Origin: Candidatus Omnitrophota bacterium
GTDB taxonomy: Bacteria; Omnitrophota; Gorgyraeia; Gygaellales; Profunditerraquicolaceae
Length of the DNA stretch: 64,000 bases
Assembly (NCBI GenBank): GCA_022710715.1
Contig: JAKLGJ010000004.1
Location: 320,166-384,165 of the forward strand
Direction: 5' to 3'
In this document: one piece after another, positions 36,101-44,668 of the stretch
Numbering within the stretch: the stretch's first letter is position 1
Layout: every line of letters begins with the position of its first letter
Program-made: the position numbers and the translations under genes
Notes under the pieces: model-generated
What the model was told of the DNA's origin: nothing
Databases searched by the model: none
Seen by the model: only the letters and a program-made list of their open reading frames with translations

Positions 36101-36957
36101 AAGCCGAAGAAGCAATCCAGGCGCTCAAAGCGCTCTATGCCCAGCAGTCTAAGGAGCTCGCCAAGCTCCCGCAGGCCAAGCCCCTGCCGGCAGCGGCCCC
36201 GGCGGTTCCGCCTGCCGCCCCGCAACCCGTCGGCGCAGCCAGGCCCGCGGCGCAATCCGCGAATGTGCGTATCCCGGGCATGGGCAAGATCGTTACCGGC
36301 CTGTCCCAGGAAATTCTCAACCCCTTATCCGCGGTGTTGAATAACGTCAAGCTGGTCAAGATCAAATTGATGCAGGAAGCCGGTCCCAAGAATACCGAGC
36401 TGAAGAATTCCATCGATCTGATCGAGGATAACGCGCTGCTGTGCAAGAATATCCTTTATTCGCTTTCCGATCCCACGCGCGCCGTGCAGGCCTCATTCAA
36501 GAGCCTCTCGCTTAACGACACTATCGCCAAAGTGGAAACCCTGTTCGGTTATGAGCTGAAGCTGCAGAACATTTCCCTGCAGAAACAACTGCAGGCGAAC
36601 CTGCCGGATGTCAGCGGCGACCCGCTGCTTCTGATGCAGGTTGTCTTCAATATCATCGCCAACGCCAAATGGGCGATCAAGAACAATCCCTATGTCAGCG
36701 CAGGCACCATCCACATCGTCACCCAGGCCACCCAGAACGACGAAGTGGAGGTCATCATTACCGATAACGGCATCGGGATATCCCCGGAGCATATGTCGCA
36801 TCTCTACGAACCGTTCTTTACCACCAAGACCGACGGGCTGGGATTAGGCCTGGCAGTCGCCCGGAACATCATGCAGGAGCACAAAGGCACGATCGAAATA
36901 GTCAGCAAAGACGGCAAAGGCGCCACCGTCACCCTGCGCTTCCCCACAGCGAAATAA
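33172..36957 (+). CDS. PAS - extended coiled-coil repeat - histidine-kinase-like protein (H-box His replaced by Gln)
   Basis: N-terminal 2 TM plus a PAS-like segment ('ILIDGSGKIIEANDNILALLGHTQEQLAGSEI'). About 900 aa of ~38-residue repeats follow ('ERKRLE..VRQEEQKKAQEQI.ALE..HA.EL..KIAE'). C-terminal HisKA-like 'LSQEILNPLSAV' and an intact HATPase_c ('NIIANAKWAI', 'DNGIGI', 'GLGLGLAVAR'). Confidence 0.75.
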   Translation: MSGIKIDRNTLLIAALGPALWLLDGLLMSVLFKENLLRQLFLPKGPDFIVNLLLFFLPGALAVVFTRDSGETPPSPPKPAFDLTKGNAILIDGSGKIIEANDNILALLGHTQEQLAGSEITQICGKTDPQKVFAFIAEVLEHKDGILDNIAVFGKSKVMRADIRGRLIKNFRRDIPQAILLELAPRLPAAAAQVPAAQAPAAQAGSVTPAAQPQPAVSPQPQHPSLKDIIAAIVPAQPQQASSSQSQSPQSPSPQPPQQQESPAKFDQERRKIEDAVRTQEQKKAQEQIQALEQKHAREMVERMTQERKRMEVAFQEQARKLLEEERKRLEDSIRRQEQNAAQEKIRALESRQAQELSVRLANERKRLELALREEEQLTTTRIEDSLKKKFEQQLRAQLDEDRKHWEATTRQLEKTLEQQMERQVRLRVEDERKRLEQSVRHEEQKKAQEQVQAVTKHFSEELNQKLTEERKRLEPIIRGEEQKKAEESLRTLENRHVQSLGVKIAEERRRTEEAARKEELKKLQETEAFLARQHETETRQRLEEERLRVEAEIRGQERARAEEQLALLKTRHAEELALRIEEEKSRVEAQVRQQERQAAQEQIFVLKNQQAQELWVKIAEERKRLEDTVRTEERKRAQDVVRLEEQSKAQEQIRLLENKFAVELGQKIAEARKQIEEAVRQEEIKKAQENLRQINTEHAEETWRKLNEERARAEEATRRQEEEKHLRLLEELKATYARDLAAKLEQERKRIEETVRQETEHALQERVRNLEQTQAREFTAQMAEERRRLEQLIRQEEQKKRETLEAMLKKQYVDELQQQLAEERRKAQESLRQQEGQTFRQQLQEVDQKYAQDLNAKLSLERQKFADQHALLEVQIRQQEQQKLQQQIIDLENKHAAYMAGRIAEERKQVEAAVRQEERKKTEETIQALKALYAQEAKAAQAQQTPQPAPVAAPAIISAEQRKQIEETVRQEERKKAEEAIQALKALYAQQSKELAKLPQAKPLPAAAPAVPPAAPQPVGAARPAAQSANVRIPGMGKIVTGLSQEILNPLSAVLNNVKLVKIKLMQEAGPKNTELKNSIDLIEDNALLCKNILYSLSDPTRAVQASFKSLSLNDTIAKVETLFGYELKLQNISLQKQLQANLPDVSGDPLLLMQVVFNIIANAKWAIKNNPYVSAGTIHIVTQATQNDEVEVIITDNGIGISPEHMSHLYEPFFTTKTDGLGLGLAVARNIMQEHKGTIEIVSKDGKGATVTLRFPTAK
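33970..36145. repeat. degenerate ~114-bp tandem coding repeats (about 20 copies) encoding the coiled-coil units
   Basis: Periodic recurrence of gag/gaa-cgc-aag-cgy-ctg-gaa ... cag-gaa-gag-cag-aag-aaa-gcc-cag-gag-cag. Confidence 0.7.
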
Positions 36958-36989
36958 GCCCCTGCCGGAGAAAAGAATTAGCTTGTCAA

Positions 36990-37177
36990 AAAAGGCCATA
37001 AATACTACAATATGATACACTGCGCCCGTGGCTTAGCGAGGCTTGTGCAGGCGGGTATTTGCAGAATAGCGGTAGAAGTAGAAAGCCGAGCGTATCCTGT
37101 ACGATGCAAGGAGATCCCGAAGGGATCGACGCAGCGGTTATCGTACAGGACAACTGGATAGATAGAGTGCAATTTTT
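36990..37177 (+). pseudogene. disrupted tRNA-Arg 5' fragment with ~150-nt structured insert
   Basis: GCGCCCGTGGCT (acceptor/D-stem of the downstream tRNA-Arg) at about 37013, then about 150 nt including CCTGTACGAT...ATCGTACAGG and GATCCCgaagGGATC hairpins, then CAACTGGATAGATAGAGTGC (D-loop-like), AATTTTT, and the intact tRNA. Confidence 0.4.
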
Positions 37178-37251
37178 GCGCCCGTGGCTCAACTGGATAG
37201 AGCACTAGCCTACGGAGCTGGTTGTTGGTGGTTCGAATCCACCCGGGCGCA
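37178..37251 (+). tRNA. tRNA-Arg (anticodon ACG)
   Basis: Hand-folded cloverleaf: acceptor GCGCCCG/CGGGCGC, D-arm GCTC-AACTGGATA-GAGC, anticodon stem CTAGC/GCTGG with loop CT-ACG-GA, T-arm GGTGG-TTCGAAT-CCACC, discriminator A. Confidence 0.85.
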
Positions 37252-37297
37252 TTAAATTTCCCCGAAGACCCGGTCATGCGATCGGGTTTTCAAGCAT

Positions 37298-37768
37298 ATG
37301 GCGATGAAAAAACTCGACGAATTGTTCATGGCGCAGGCGATCAAAGAAGCAGCCAAGGCTTTTGAGAAGGATGAGGTGCCGGTGGGTTGCGTGATCGTGC
37401 ACAAAGGCAAAGTGATCGCCAAAGGCCACAATCAGGTGGAGATGCTCAAAGATCCCACCGCGCACGCCGAGATGCTGGCTTTGACTTCCGCCGCCAACGC
37501 GCTGGGCTCAAAGTGGTTGAACGGCGCTTCGATCTATGTTACAATTGAACCTTGTAGCATGTGCGCCGGGGCGTTAGTGCTCGCCCGGATCAAAGAGATC
37601 GTTTTCGGCGCTCCGGACCCCAAAACCGGCGCCTGCGGTTCGGTATTCGACATCGCCAACTGTAAAAAGCTGAATCACCGCATCCAGGTGCGCTCCGGCG
37701 TGCTGGAAGCGGACTGCGCGCTGCTGTTGAAAGAGTTCTTCCGCAAGAAACGCGCGAAAGAGAATTAA
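37298..37768 (+). CDS. tadA: tRNA-specific adenosine(34) deaminase
   Basis: 'HAEMLAL' and 'PCSMCAGAL' are the CDA zinc-ligand motifs (H-A-E, PCxxC). 156 aa. Confidence 0.85.
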   Translation: MAMKKLDELFMAQAIKEAAKAFEKDEVPVGCVIVHKGKVIAKGHNQVEMLKDPTAHAEMLALTSAANALGSKWLNGASIYVTIEPCSMCAGALVLARIKEIVFGAPDPKTGACGSVFDIANCKKLNHRIQVRSGVLEADCALLLKEFFRKKRAKEN

Positions 37769-37795
37769 GATTGGGGGAAGCCCCGTTAAATTTGG

Positions 37796-37884
37796 GGAGA
37801 GGTGGCAGAGTGGTCGAATGCAACTCACTGCTAATGAGTTATCTGGGGAAACCTGGATCCTGGGTTCAAATCCCAGCCTCTCCG
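37796..37884 (+). tRNA. tRNA-Ser (anticodon GCT)
   Basis: Acceptor GGAGAGG/CCTCTCC, anticodon stem AACTCA/TGAGTT with loop CT-GCT-AA, long variable arm, T-arm CTGGG-TTCAAAT-CCCAG, discriminator G. Confidence 0.85.
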
Positions 37885-37897
37885 AAATTGCAACCCA

Positions 37898-37950
37898 TTC
37901 GAACCTTTGCGCTCATCGTCTAAGAGCGCGATGGTTCGAATTTTGCTTTT
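37898..37950 (+). terminator. rho-independent terminator after tRNA-Ser
   Basis: TTCGAACCTTTGCGCTC ... GAGCGCGATGGTTCGAA hairpin followed by TTTTGCTTTT. Confidence 0.55.
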
Positions 37951-38064
37951 AGCCACGCAGCAAGGCTTAAAATCCCGCTCATTTCCTTCAAGAAGCTGGT
38001 AAAAGTCAGCTTCCTTCGTTAAGCAGTCTGCAATGCTCGTCGAGATTTCGAAATGGGAGGATAA

Positions 38065-38391
38065 ATGACAGCAAACAAATTTACTGCCAACGCGTCGGCC
38101 CTTTCGGATTTACTGAATTATCAGACTGATTCGATTGTTAGTCAAGAGATCGTGAAGAAAAGCTCCGGCACGGTAACGTTATTCGCTTTTGACAAAGGAC
38201 AGGGTTTAAGCGAGCATACCGCTCCTTTTGACGCTCTGGTTTATATCGTTGACGGGAAAGTTGAAATTACGATCTCCGGCAAACCCTTGATCGTTAAAAA
38301 AGGCGAAATCATCATTATGCCTGCGAATAAGCCTCATGCCTTGAAAGCGGTGCAGAAATTCAAGATGCTTTTGGTTATGATGAAAAGGTGA
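38065..38391 (+). CDS. cupin domain protein
   Basis: 108 aa. '[27 protein letters not shown]...[14 protein letters not shown]' is a cupin two-motif beta-barrel pattern. Confidence 0.65.
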   Translation: MTANKFTANASALSDLLNYQTDSIVSQEIVKKSSGTVTLFAFDKGQGLSEHTAPFDALVYIVDGKVEITISGKPLIVKKGEIIIMPANKPHALKAVQKFKMLLVMMKR

Positions 38392-38395
38392 AGAG

Positions 38396-38749
38396 ATGAT
38401 AAAAACAAAAAGAATTTACAACGGTCCCGCAAGAGGCGATGGTTTGAGAATCCTTGTGGACAGGCTCTGGCCGCGAGGCATAAGCAAAGAGGAGGCGAAA
38501 ATCGACCTCTGGCTCAAAGACATTGCCCCCAGCGACGGCCTAAGAAAATGGTTTGCGCATGACCCGGCAAAATGGTCTGTATTTAAAGAAAAGTACTTTT
38601 CTGAGCTCGGCAATAAAAAAGCTCTCATTGGCGAAATTATGAAGAAAGCGAAAGGCGACGTGACACTGTTGTATGCCGCCAAAGACGAACAGCATAATAA
38701 CGCGCAGGCGTTAAAAGAATATATTGAAAACAAGGAGGTGGTATCATGA
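38396..38749 (+). CDS. DUF488 family protein
   Basis: 'IKTKRIY..P...[18 protein letters not shown]...W.K..APS..LR.WF' matches DUF488 (YeaO-like). Confidence 0.65.
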   Translation: MIKTKRIYNGPARGDGLRILVDRLWPRGISKEEAKIDLWLKDIAPSDGLRKWFAHDPAKWSVFKEKYFSELGNKKALIGEIMKKAKGDVTLLYAAKDEQHNNAQALKEYIENKEVVS

Positions 38750-39336
38750 AGAGCAGAAAGATAAATAAATTTTTCTTGTTTCTGCTTAGCGCAGCGGCTG
38801 TCTTGTCTATTGGAAGGGGTGAACTGTTTGCGCACTGCGACACTTTGGATGGCCCTGTGATTCAGGATGCACGAACAGCTTTAGAGAAGGGTGATGTTAC
38901 GCCGGCGCTCAAATGGGTCAAAAAAGACGCTGAGCCGCAGATCCGCGCTGTCTTCGATAAGACGATCGCCGAGCGCAAGTCAAATAAAGATGCCGCTGAT
39001 ATGAAATTCTTTGAGACGCTGGTGCGTATTCATCGCGCAGGAGAAGGCGCGTCTTTCACCGGCCTTAAGCCAGGCGGTTCTGTCGAGACTATTGTCGCCG
39101 GAGCGGATAAAGCATTGGAAACCGGCTCCCTTGATGCTTTGACTCAAGAAATGGCAACGCATCTTACAAGTGGCGTTAAGAAACGCTTCGAGCGTGCGTT
39201 TGCATTGAGGAAGCATAAAGACGAAAGCGTTGAGGCCGGACGTGAATATGTGGAGGCTTATGTCGAATACGTGCATTACGTGGAAGGATTGCACGATATG
39301 ATAGGGGGCAAGGGTAGCCATAATCACGAAGAATAG
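38746..39336 (+). CDS. hypothetical secreted protein (DUF6448-like)
   Basis: Signal peptide, then '[15 protein letters not shown]' and a helical remainder. Confidence 0.4.
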   Translation: MKSRKINKFFLFLLSAAAVLSIGRGELFAHCDTLDGPVIQDARTALEKGDVTPALKWVKKDAEPQIRAVFDKTIAERKSNKDAADMKFFETLVRIHRAGEGASFTGLKPGGSVETIVAGADKALETGSLDALTQEMATHLTSGVKKRFERAFALRKHKDESVEAGREYVEAYVEYVHYVEGLHDMIGGKGSHNHEE

Positions 39337-39376
39337 CGCCTGCTTATTCGTAAAAAATAAAATTTCGGGAGATTCT

Positions 39377-39757
39377 ATGAGCGGAGGGAAAATACTCAAG
39401 AGAAGAATTCAGGAGTATTTTTTCAAAGAAGAACGTATTATATTCCATGTTTTTCGCGGTATTTTTCGAAGCTTGATCCTTATCCTCAGTTTTTTGATGA
39501 TAGGGATATTCCTTTTCATGAAAACAGAAAAACTTGGTTTCCATGATTCTTTATACGAGACCGCGATGATCATGACGGGCATGGGGCCAGCTATCGAATT
39601 GCAAACAAATAGCGGAAAAATCTTTGCGTCTATTTTTGCTATGGTATCGGTAGGGGTGGTTATTTCTTCAATCACTTTTGTCTTCGGCCCTATTTATAGA
39701 CGATGGCATAAGAAAATGCATATTGAAATCCAGCAAAAGACAGGCGGTAAAGAATAA
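39377..39757 (+). CDS. two-TM ion-channel-like protein (pore-loop 'TGMGP')
   Basis: TM1 - pore helix 'YETAMIMTGMGP' - TM2 architecture. No K-selective TVGYG filter. Confidence 0.4.
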   Translation: MSGGKILKRRIQEYFFKEERIIFHVFRGIFRSLILILSFLMIGIFLFMKTEKLGFHDSLYETAMIMTGMGPAIELQTNSGKIFASIFAMVSVGVVISSITFVFGPIYRRWHKKMHIEIQQKTGGKE

Positions 39758-39766
39758 TCGAGGTTT

Positions 39767-40441
39767 ATGCAAATGCGCATACTATTAGTAGAGGATGAAA
39801 TAAGAATGGCCAGTTTTATTGTGCGCGGCCTGAGAGAAGAGGATTACGTGGTTGACGTGGCCAATGACGGAGAAAAGGCTTTATTCCAGGCCGAAATTAA
39901 TCCGTATGATCTTATAATCCTTGATATTATGCTGCCGGTTAAAGACGGCATTACTGTCTGTCGGGAACTCCGGAGCAAGAAGATAAACGTTCCTATCTTG
40001 ATGCTTACATCCAAAGACAGGGTGCGAGATAAGGTTTTAGGCTTGAATTCAGGCGCCGATGATTATCTGGCTAAACCATTTGCTTTTGAGGAGCTGATAG
40101 CCAGAATTAGCGCCTTATTACGGCGGGATAAAACAGATAAAACCGGTATTATTAAAGTCGCAGACTTAGAGCTGGATCAGCTCAGGCATGCAGTTACGCG
40201 GGCCGGGAATGAAATCCAGCTAACCAGCAAAGAGTTTGCCCTTTTGGAATACCTTATGCTTAATGCCACTCACGTCGTTACCAGGACAATGATTTCAGAA
40301 CACGTATGGCATGAAGATTTCGACAGTTTGACGAACGTCATTGATGTTTATATGAATTTCTTGCGCAATAAGATCGATAAAGGGCACAAAAAACGGCTTA
40401 TCCATACCATCCACGGCAAAGGGTATGTTTTAAAGGAATAA
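39767..40441 (+). CDS. OmpR-family response regulator (CusR/CopR-like)
   Basis: Receiver ('LLVEDE', 'LIILDIMLP') plus winged-helix trans_reg_C. Close paralog of 52483..53151. Confidence 0.85.
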   Translation: MQMRILLVEDEIRMASFIVRGLREEDYVVDVANDGEKALFQAEINPYDLIILDIMLPVKDGITVCRELRSKKINVPILMLTSKDRVRDKVLGLNSGADDYLAKPFAFEELIARISALLRRDKTDKTGIIKVADLELDQLRHAVTRAGNEIQLTSKEFALLEYLMLNATHVVTRTMISEHVWHEDFDSLTNVIDVYMNFLRNKIDKGHKKRLIHTIHGKGYVLKE

Positions 40442-40443
40442 CT

Positions 40444-41472
40444 ATGCTCGCCCAAACAATCAAATCAAAGGTTTGCATACTATACGCCTCTCTATTAGGC
40501 GTCGTGTTGTCTCTCTATGTCGGTCTGCTGCTTTTTATGCCCGCGGATTTATTGCAGAGGAATAAGCTGTTTTATATATTGATCCCTATCCCCCTGACGT
40601 TATTATTCGGTTATTTTATCGGGCATGTGATTATAACAAGAATTCTAAAGCCGATTAAAAAGATGACCGACACAGTAAAAAATATTACTCATGAAGATTT
40701 GAGTCTAAGAGTTCAGGCAGAAAACGTGGATGAGGAGTTGAGACGTTTGATCGAAGCTTTTAACGATATGGTTTCGCGGCTGGGGGAGTCATTCGAGTAT
40801 ATTACAGACTCAAGTTCGTATATCGCCCATGAGCTTAAAACCCCGATAGCCATCATCAGGGGGGAGTCGGAATTCGCATTAAAAAAAGAACGGGAGAAGG
40901 AAGAATACCAGAGAGTCATCAGCGTGAGTTTGGAAGAAACCAAGAGAATGCTTAAAATTATCGAGGATTTATTGTTTTTGACCAAAATGAATTACCAACC
41001 CGATGTTTTGAAATTCGAGCAGATTGATCTGACGCAGTTTATCCGTATAATTTACGAACAGGCAAAGATGCTGGCATCCAAAAAGAACATAACGGTCAAC
41101 ATAAATATCCCCGAAGAACCCGGTATGGTTAATGCGGATGATCTGCACCTGCGGCGCTTATTCTTTAACTTAATAGATAATGCAATAAAATTTACCCCCG
41201 CAAGCGGCAGTATAACGATAAATTTACGATATGAAGATCAAAAGGGAGCAGTTTCTATTATTGATTCGGGAATCGGGATTGAGGAAGAGAACATGCCGAA
41301 GCTTTTTGATAAGTTTTTCCGCATCGACGGAACGATTAAAGACACTTCTCCCAGCAGTGGATTAGGTTTAAGCATCGCCCAATCGATAGCCCAGTTGCAT
41401 AAGGGCAATATTTCGGTAACGAGCCGCGTTGGGCAAGGAACAAACTTTACCGTATCCCTCCCCGTTTTATAA
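40444..41472 (+). CDS. sensor histidine kinase (CusS-like)
   Basis: Two TM helices, a HAMP-like region, H-box 'AHELKTPIAII', N-box 'NLIDNAIKFT', 'DSGIGI' and 'GLGLSIA'. Confidence 0.85.
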   Translation: MLAQTIKSKVCILYASLLGVVLSLYVGLLLFMPADLLQRNKLFYILIPIPLTLLFGYFIGHVIITRILKPIKKMTDTVKNITHEDLSLRVQAENVDEELRRLIEAFNDMVSRLGESFEYITDSSSYIAHELKTPIAIIRGESEFALKKEREKEEYQRVISVSLEETKRMLKIIEDLLFLTKMNYQPDVLKFEQIDLTQFIRIIYEQAKMLASKKNITVNINIPEEPGMVNADDLHLRRLFFNLIDNAIKFTPASGSITINLRYEDQKGAVSIIDSGIGIEEENMPKLFDKFFRIDGTIKDTSPSSGLGLSIAQSIAQLHKGNISVTSRVGQGTNFTVSLPVL

Positions 41473-41662
41473 TCAACACATCTCCGCTCAGATTCTTTCC
41501 AGCTATCCAATCATTAAAAATTTTAATTCCTTTTTAACACTTCTTTAATCGCGAGTATGTTATATTGTCTGCCGATGAGGGAAAAAAATTACGGGTGGCT
41601 GCGGAGATCTGTTAAGCAGTGGAAGTTCACTCTGCAGCCGCCCGCAGAATTAAGGAGCGACA

Positions 41663-42391
41663 ATGACAAGAATACTTATTATTGAAGACGAAGAGAAGGT
41701 GAGAAGAATGTATAGCACGATGTTTAAGAACGAAGGGTTTGACGTCATTGAAGCGCCCGATGCGATTCAGGCGTCCTGTATACTCAACAAAGAGTACATA
41801 GATATGATCCTGCTTGATATAAAAATGCCGCAAGTTTATGGCAGCGTGTTTTACGATATTATGAAAATTTCTCACAAAAAGGTTAAAGTCATTGTGGCGA
41901 GCGTTTATTCCATCGAAGAGCAGAAAAAAATGATTCAGGGCGCCGATGATTATTATGATAAAGCGCATGGCCTTGATTTATTGCTGGAAAAAGTCAAGAA
42001 GGTGGAGCGGGGCATAAAACAACAGACGAGCATACTGGTTATTGATGATGAGCCCCGGATCAGGAAGATTTACCGCCATTATTTGCAAGAAAACGGATAT
42101 CGCATCATTGAGGCTCATGATGGCAACGACGGTTTAGATATATTAAGGAAGAGCAATGAAATCGCTTTGGTAATTCTTGATCTTGCCATGCCTCAAAAAA
42201 GCGGGTTCGAGATTCACGAACAGATGAAAAAAGAATTCCCGGGCATAAAGATATTGATCGCCAGCGTTTTTAACCAAAATGACCAGAAATTCCTGCTTCC
42301 CAACGCGGATGATTATTACGATAAATCAGAAGATGCGTCCAGGATGATCCAGAAGATCGAAAAGCTGATACATACAGATTGTCCCGCATGA
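41663..42391 (+). CDS. tandem double-receiver (REC-REC) response regulator without output domain
   Basis: Two receiver domains: 'ILIIEDEE...ILLDIKMP' and 'ILVIDDEP...VILDLAMP'. Confidence 0.75.
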   Translation: MTRILIIEDEEKVRRMYSTMFKNEGFDVIEAPDAIQASCILNKEYIDMILLDIKMPQVYGSVFYDIMKISHKKVKVIVASVYSIEEQKKMIQGADDYYDKAHGLDLLLEKVKKVERGIKQQTSILVIDDEPRIRKIYRHYLQENGYRIIEAHDGNDGLDILRKSNEIALVILDLAMPQKSGFEIHEQMKKEFPGIKILIASVFNQNDQKFLLPNADDYYDKSEDASRMIQKIEKLIHTDCPA

Positions 42392-42442
42392 CGAACAATT
42401 GCCCATGGAGGCAAAACGCCAGGGGGACAAAGGAGGTCAATT

Positions 42443-42637
42443 ATGTGCCCTTATTTCAATTATTCAAAATGCCAGAGTCTGTGTCTCTGCTATCCCGGGA
42501 GCCTGTTCTGTCCGAGTATCCAAAGACGGAAAGATTTTTGTTATAACAAATTCTGGGATTGCACGTATTTTAAGATAGAGACATCAGCAACCATTGAACC
42601 GGCTCAAGGCGAAGATTGTTTGCCTGTATTCGAATAA
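42443..42637 (+). CDS. small Cys-rich protein, MCP[YF]F family (copy A)
   Basis: 64 aa 'MCPYF...CQSLCLCYPGSLFCP...RKDFCYNKFWDCTYF'. AAAGGAGG RBS. Paralog of 43248..43439. Confidence 0.5.
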   Translation: MCPYFNYSKCQSLCLCYPGSLFCPSIQRRKDFCYNKFWDCTYFKIETSATIEPAQGEDCLPVFE

Positions 42638-42697
42638 TCCCGAGCGGTCTAATACATCTTTTTGCAGCCATATAATTATTTAAAGGAGTGATTTCCT

Positions 42698-43234
42698 GTG
42701 CAGTTATATATACCTCAAAACATTTTTGTTCAAATAACGATTCCTCTCTTGATCTTTCTTGCCCGGGCAGCGGATGTAAGCATGGCGGCAATGAGGATTA
42801 TTTTTGTTACTCGCGGCATAAGGGCGCTGGCCGCCATGATAGGTTTTTTTGAAATGTTGATTTGGCTTATAGGCATCACTCAAATAATGCAGAATTTAAA
42901 CAACCCTGTTAATTATTTAGCCTTTGCGGCCGGGTTCAGTATGGGAACTTTCGTCGGCATCACCATAGAGAGAAAAATTGCCATTGGCAATCTGGCGATC
43001 CAGCTCATTACGGGCAAGGATACATCCGGATTATTGACATATTTCCGCGCTAACGGATACGGCGCAACTGCTATTGATGCGCAGGGGACTTCCGGCCCGG
43101 TCAAGATTATTTATATCATCGTCAGGCGCAAGTTGGTGGACAAGGCGCTGGATATAATAACAAAATTTGATCCGGATGCTTTCTATATTATGGGAGACGT
43201 TCAGGTGGCAGCTCGTCTTGGCCCGGCAATCTGA
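42698..43234 (+). CDS. DUF2179 domain membrane protein (UPF0316/YitT C-terminal-like)
   Basis: Three or four TM helices followed by a PII-fold-like DUF2179 segment 'GATAIDAQGTSG..KIIYIIVRRKLVDKALDIITKFDPDAFYIMGDV'. Confidence 0.5.
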   Translation: MQLYIPQNIFVQITIPLLIFLARAADVSMAAMRIIFVTRGIRALAAMIGFFEMLIWLIGITQIMQNLNNPVNYLAFAAGFSMGTFVGITIERKIAIGNLAIQLITGKDTSGLLTYFRANGYGATAIDAQGTSGPVKIIYIIVRRKLVDKALDIITKFDPDAFYIMGDVQVAARLGPAI

Positions 43235-43247
43235 GAGGGAATGAACA

Positions 43248-43439
43248 ATGTGCCCTTTTTTTATTACAATACGACCAATCGGCCATTGCGGCTGTTATGG
43301 AGACGGTTCATTTCATCCGAACGCCAAACGTAAAAAGAAGTACTGCGCCGGGAAATTCAGGGACTGCTTATTCTATCAATGGGAAATGAAGCCGATTATT
43401 ATCCAATCGGCGCCGGGGTTGAAAAGTAATGAGATATGA
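43248..43439 (+). CDS. small Cys-rich protein, MCP[YF]F family (copy B)
   Basis: 63 aa 'MCPFF...HCGCYGDGSFHP...RKKKYCAGKFRDCLFY'. GAGGG RBS. Confidence 0.5.
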   Translation: MCPFFITIRPIGHCGCYGDGSFHPNAKRKKKYCAGKFRDCLFYQWEMKPIIIQSAPGLKSNEI

Positions 43440-44107
43440 ACATTTTAGTCTGGTTATCGCGCAATTATGGGATTGATATGAAAAACATTCCAATAGCGGA
43501 TATTGAGAGAGAGCTTGAGAAATTTACCTGTGATTTGCTGAGAATATGCCGTTTAACGCAGGAGGCGATCAACAAAACATCCTGTGTCCTTCTGTGTTCT
43601 GACGTCTTCAAGATGCAGGAGATTATAGATCACAGCAAAAGAATAGGGGCTCTGTGTGTTGCTTTCGAGGAATATCTTGACGATATCTTGACATGGTATC
43701 GGCCCGAGGGCAGCGTTTTGAAACTCATCTCTTCAAGCATAAACGTTATTATTGAATTAAAGCAAATTGCGGACTTGACTGTGGGTATTGCGGAAAGCTT
43801 ATTAAATTTTAATGCAGATATCCCTGAGAGGTATAAGATCAATATCGCTCAATGCGCTAAAAATTATAAAAATATTGTCTGGGATTCCACCATCTCCTTT
43901 TTAAGACAGGACGCGGAGTTAGCGAAGAAGACTATCGTAGCAAGCCTGGAGCTGAAAAAGATATGCAGCCGCATGCAGGAAGGCGTCATAGAAGCGAATA
44001 AAACAGTTGAATCGGCGAAAAGAGACGAATCTATTGTATTGTTTATTATCCAGAGCGTAGGAGATATTTCCGATCATGCAGTCGCTATCGCCCGATCCGT
44101 TATCTGA
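43436..44107 (+). CDS. PhoU-domain protein
   Basis: Two repeated helical PhoU-like halves with Asp/Glu-rich motifs. Start could instead be the internal ATG at 43478. Confidence 0.45.
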   Translation: MNILVWLSRNYGIDMKNIPIADIERELEKFTCDLLRICRLTQEAINKTSCVLLCSDVFKMQEIIDHSKRIGALCVAFEEYLDDILTWYRPEGSVLKLISSSINVIIELKQIADLTVGIAESLLNFNADIPERYKINIAQCAKNYKNIVWDSTISFLRQDAELAKKTIVASLELKKICSRMQEGVIEANKTVESAKRDESIVLFIIQSVGDISDHAVAIARSVI

Positions 44108-44136
44108 ATATAAACCGAAGAAATCAAGGAGCAGAA

Positions 44137-44655
44137 ATGAAAGATAAAAAAATTTATATCACGCGATCGGATTTCTACCGTCTCCGTGAAACGATCAAAG
44201 CTATGAAGTCCAGCCGGGAGATTGACAGGAGGTCTCTTGATGAACTGGAACACAGCTTTAACTCGCGGAATGAATTGAGATTGCTTCAAGAAGTAAGGAG
44301 GATAAACAGCTCAAAAAACGACGCGGAATGGGCGCCGATTATAGAGCTTGAAGCCGAATTGGACAGGGCAATCATCGTTGATGCCGATAAAATCCCTTCC
44401 GGTGTTATTACGATGAACTCGAAGGTCTGTCTTAAGGATATGGACACGGGGAAGGACGAATTCTATCAACTGGTATATCCCGAAGACGCGGATATTGAGC
44501 AAAACAAAATCTCCGTTTTAGCTCCTATCGGCACGGCGATACTGGGATATAAGGTGGGAGATGTAATCGAATGGAAGGTCCCGGCAGGCTTACGGAGGCT
44601 TAAAATTAAGAAAATATTGTATCAACCTGAAACAGCCAGAGATTATTATCTCTAA
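44137..44655 (+). CDS. GreA/GreB-family regulator (Rnk-like)
   Basis: C-terminal FKBP-like Gre domain 'ISVLAPIGTAILGYKVGDVIEWKVPAG' and an N-terminal coiled-coil. Confidence 0.65.
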   Translation: MKDKKIYITRSDFYRLRETIKAMKSSREIDRRSLDELEHSFNSRNELRLLQEVRRINSSKNDAEWAPIIELEAELDRAIIVDADKIPSGVITMNSKVCLKDMDTGKDEFYQLVYPEDADIEQNKISVLAPIGTAILGYKVGDVIEWKVPAGLRRLKIKKILYQPETARDYYL

Positions 44656-44668
44656 CGAGAGGTCAAGG

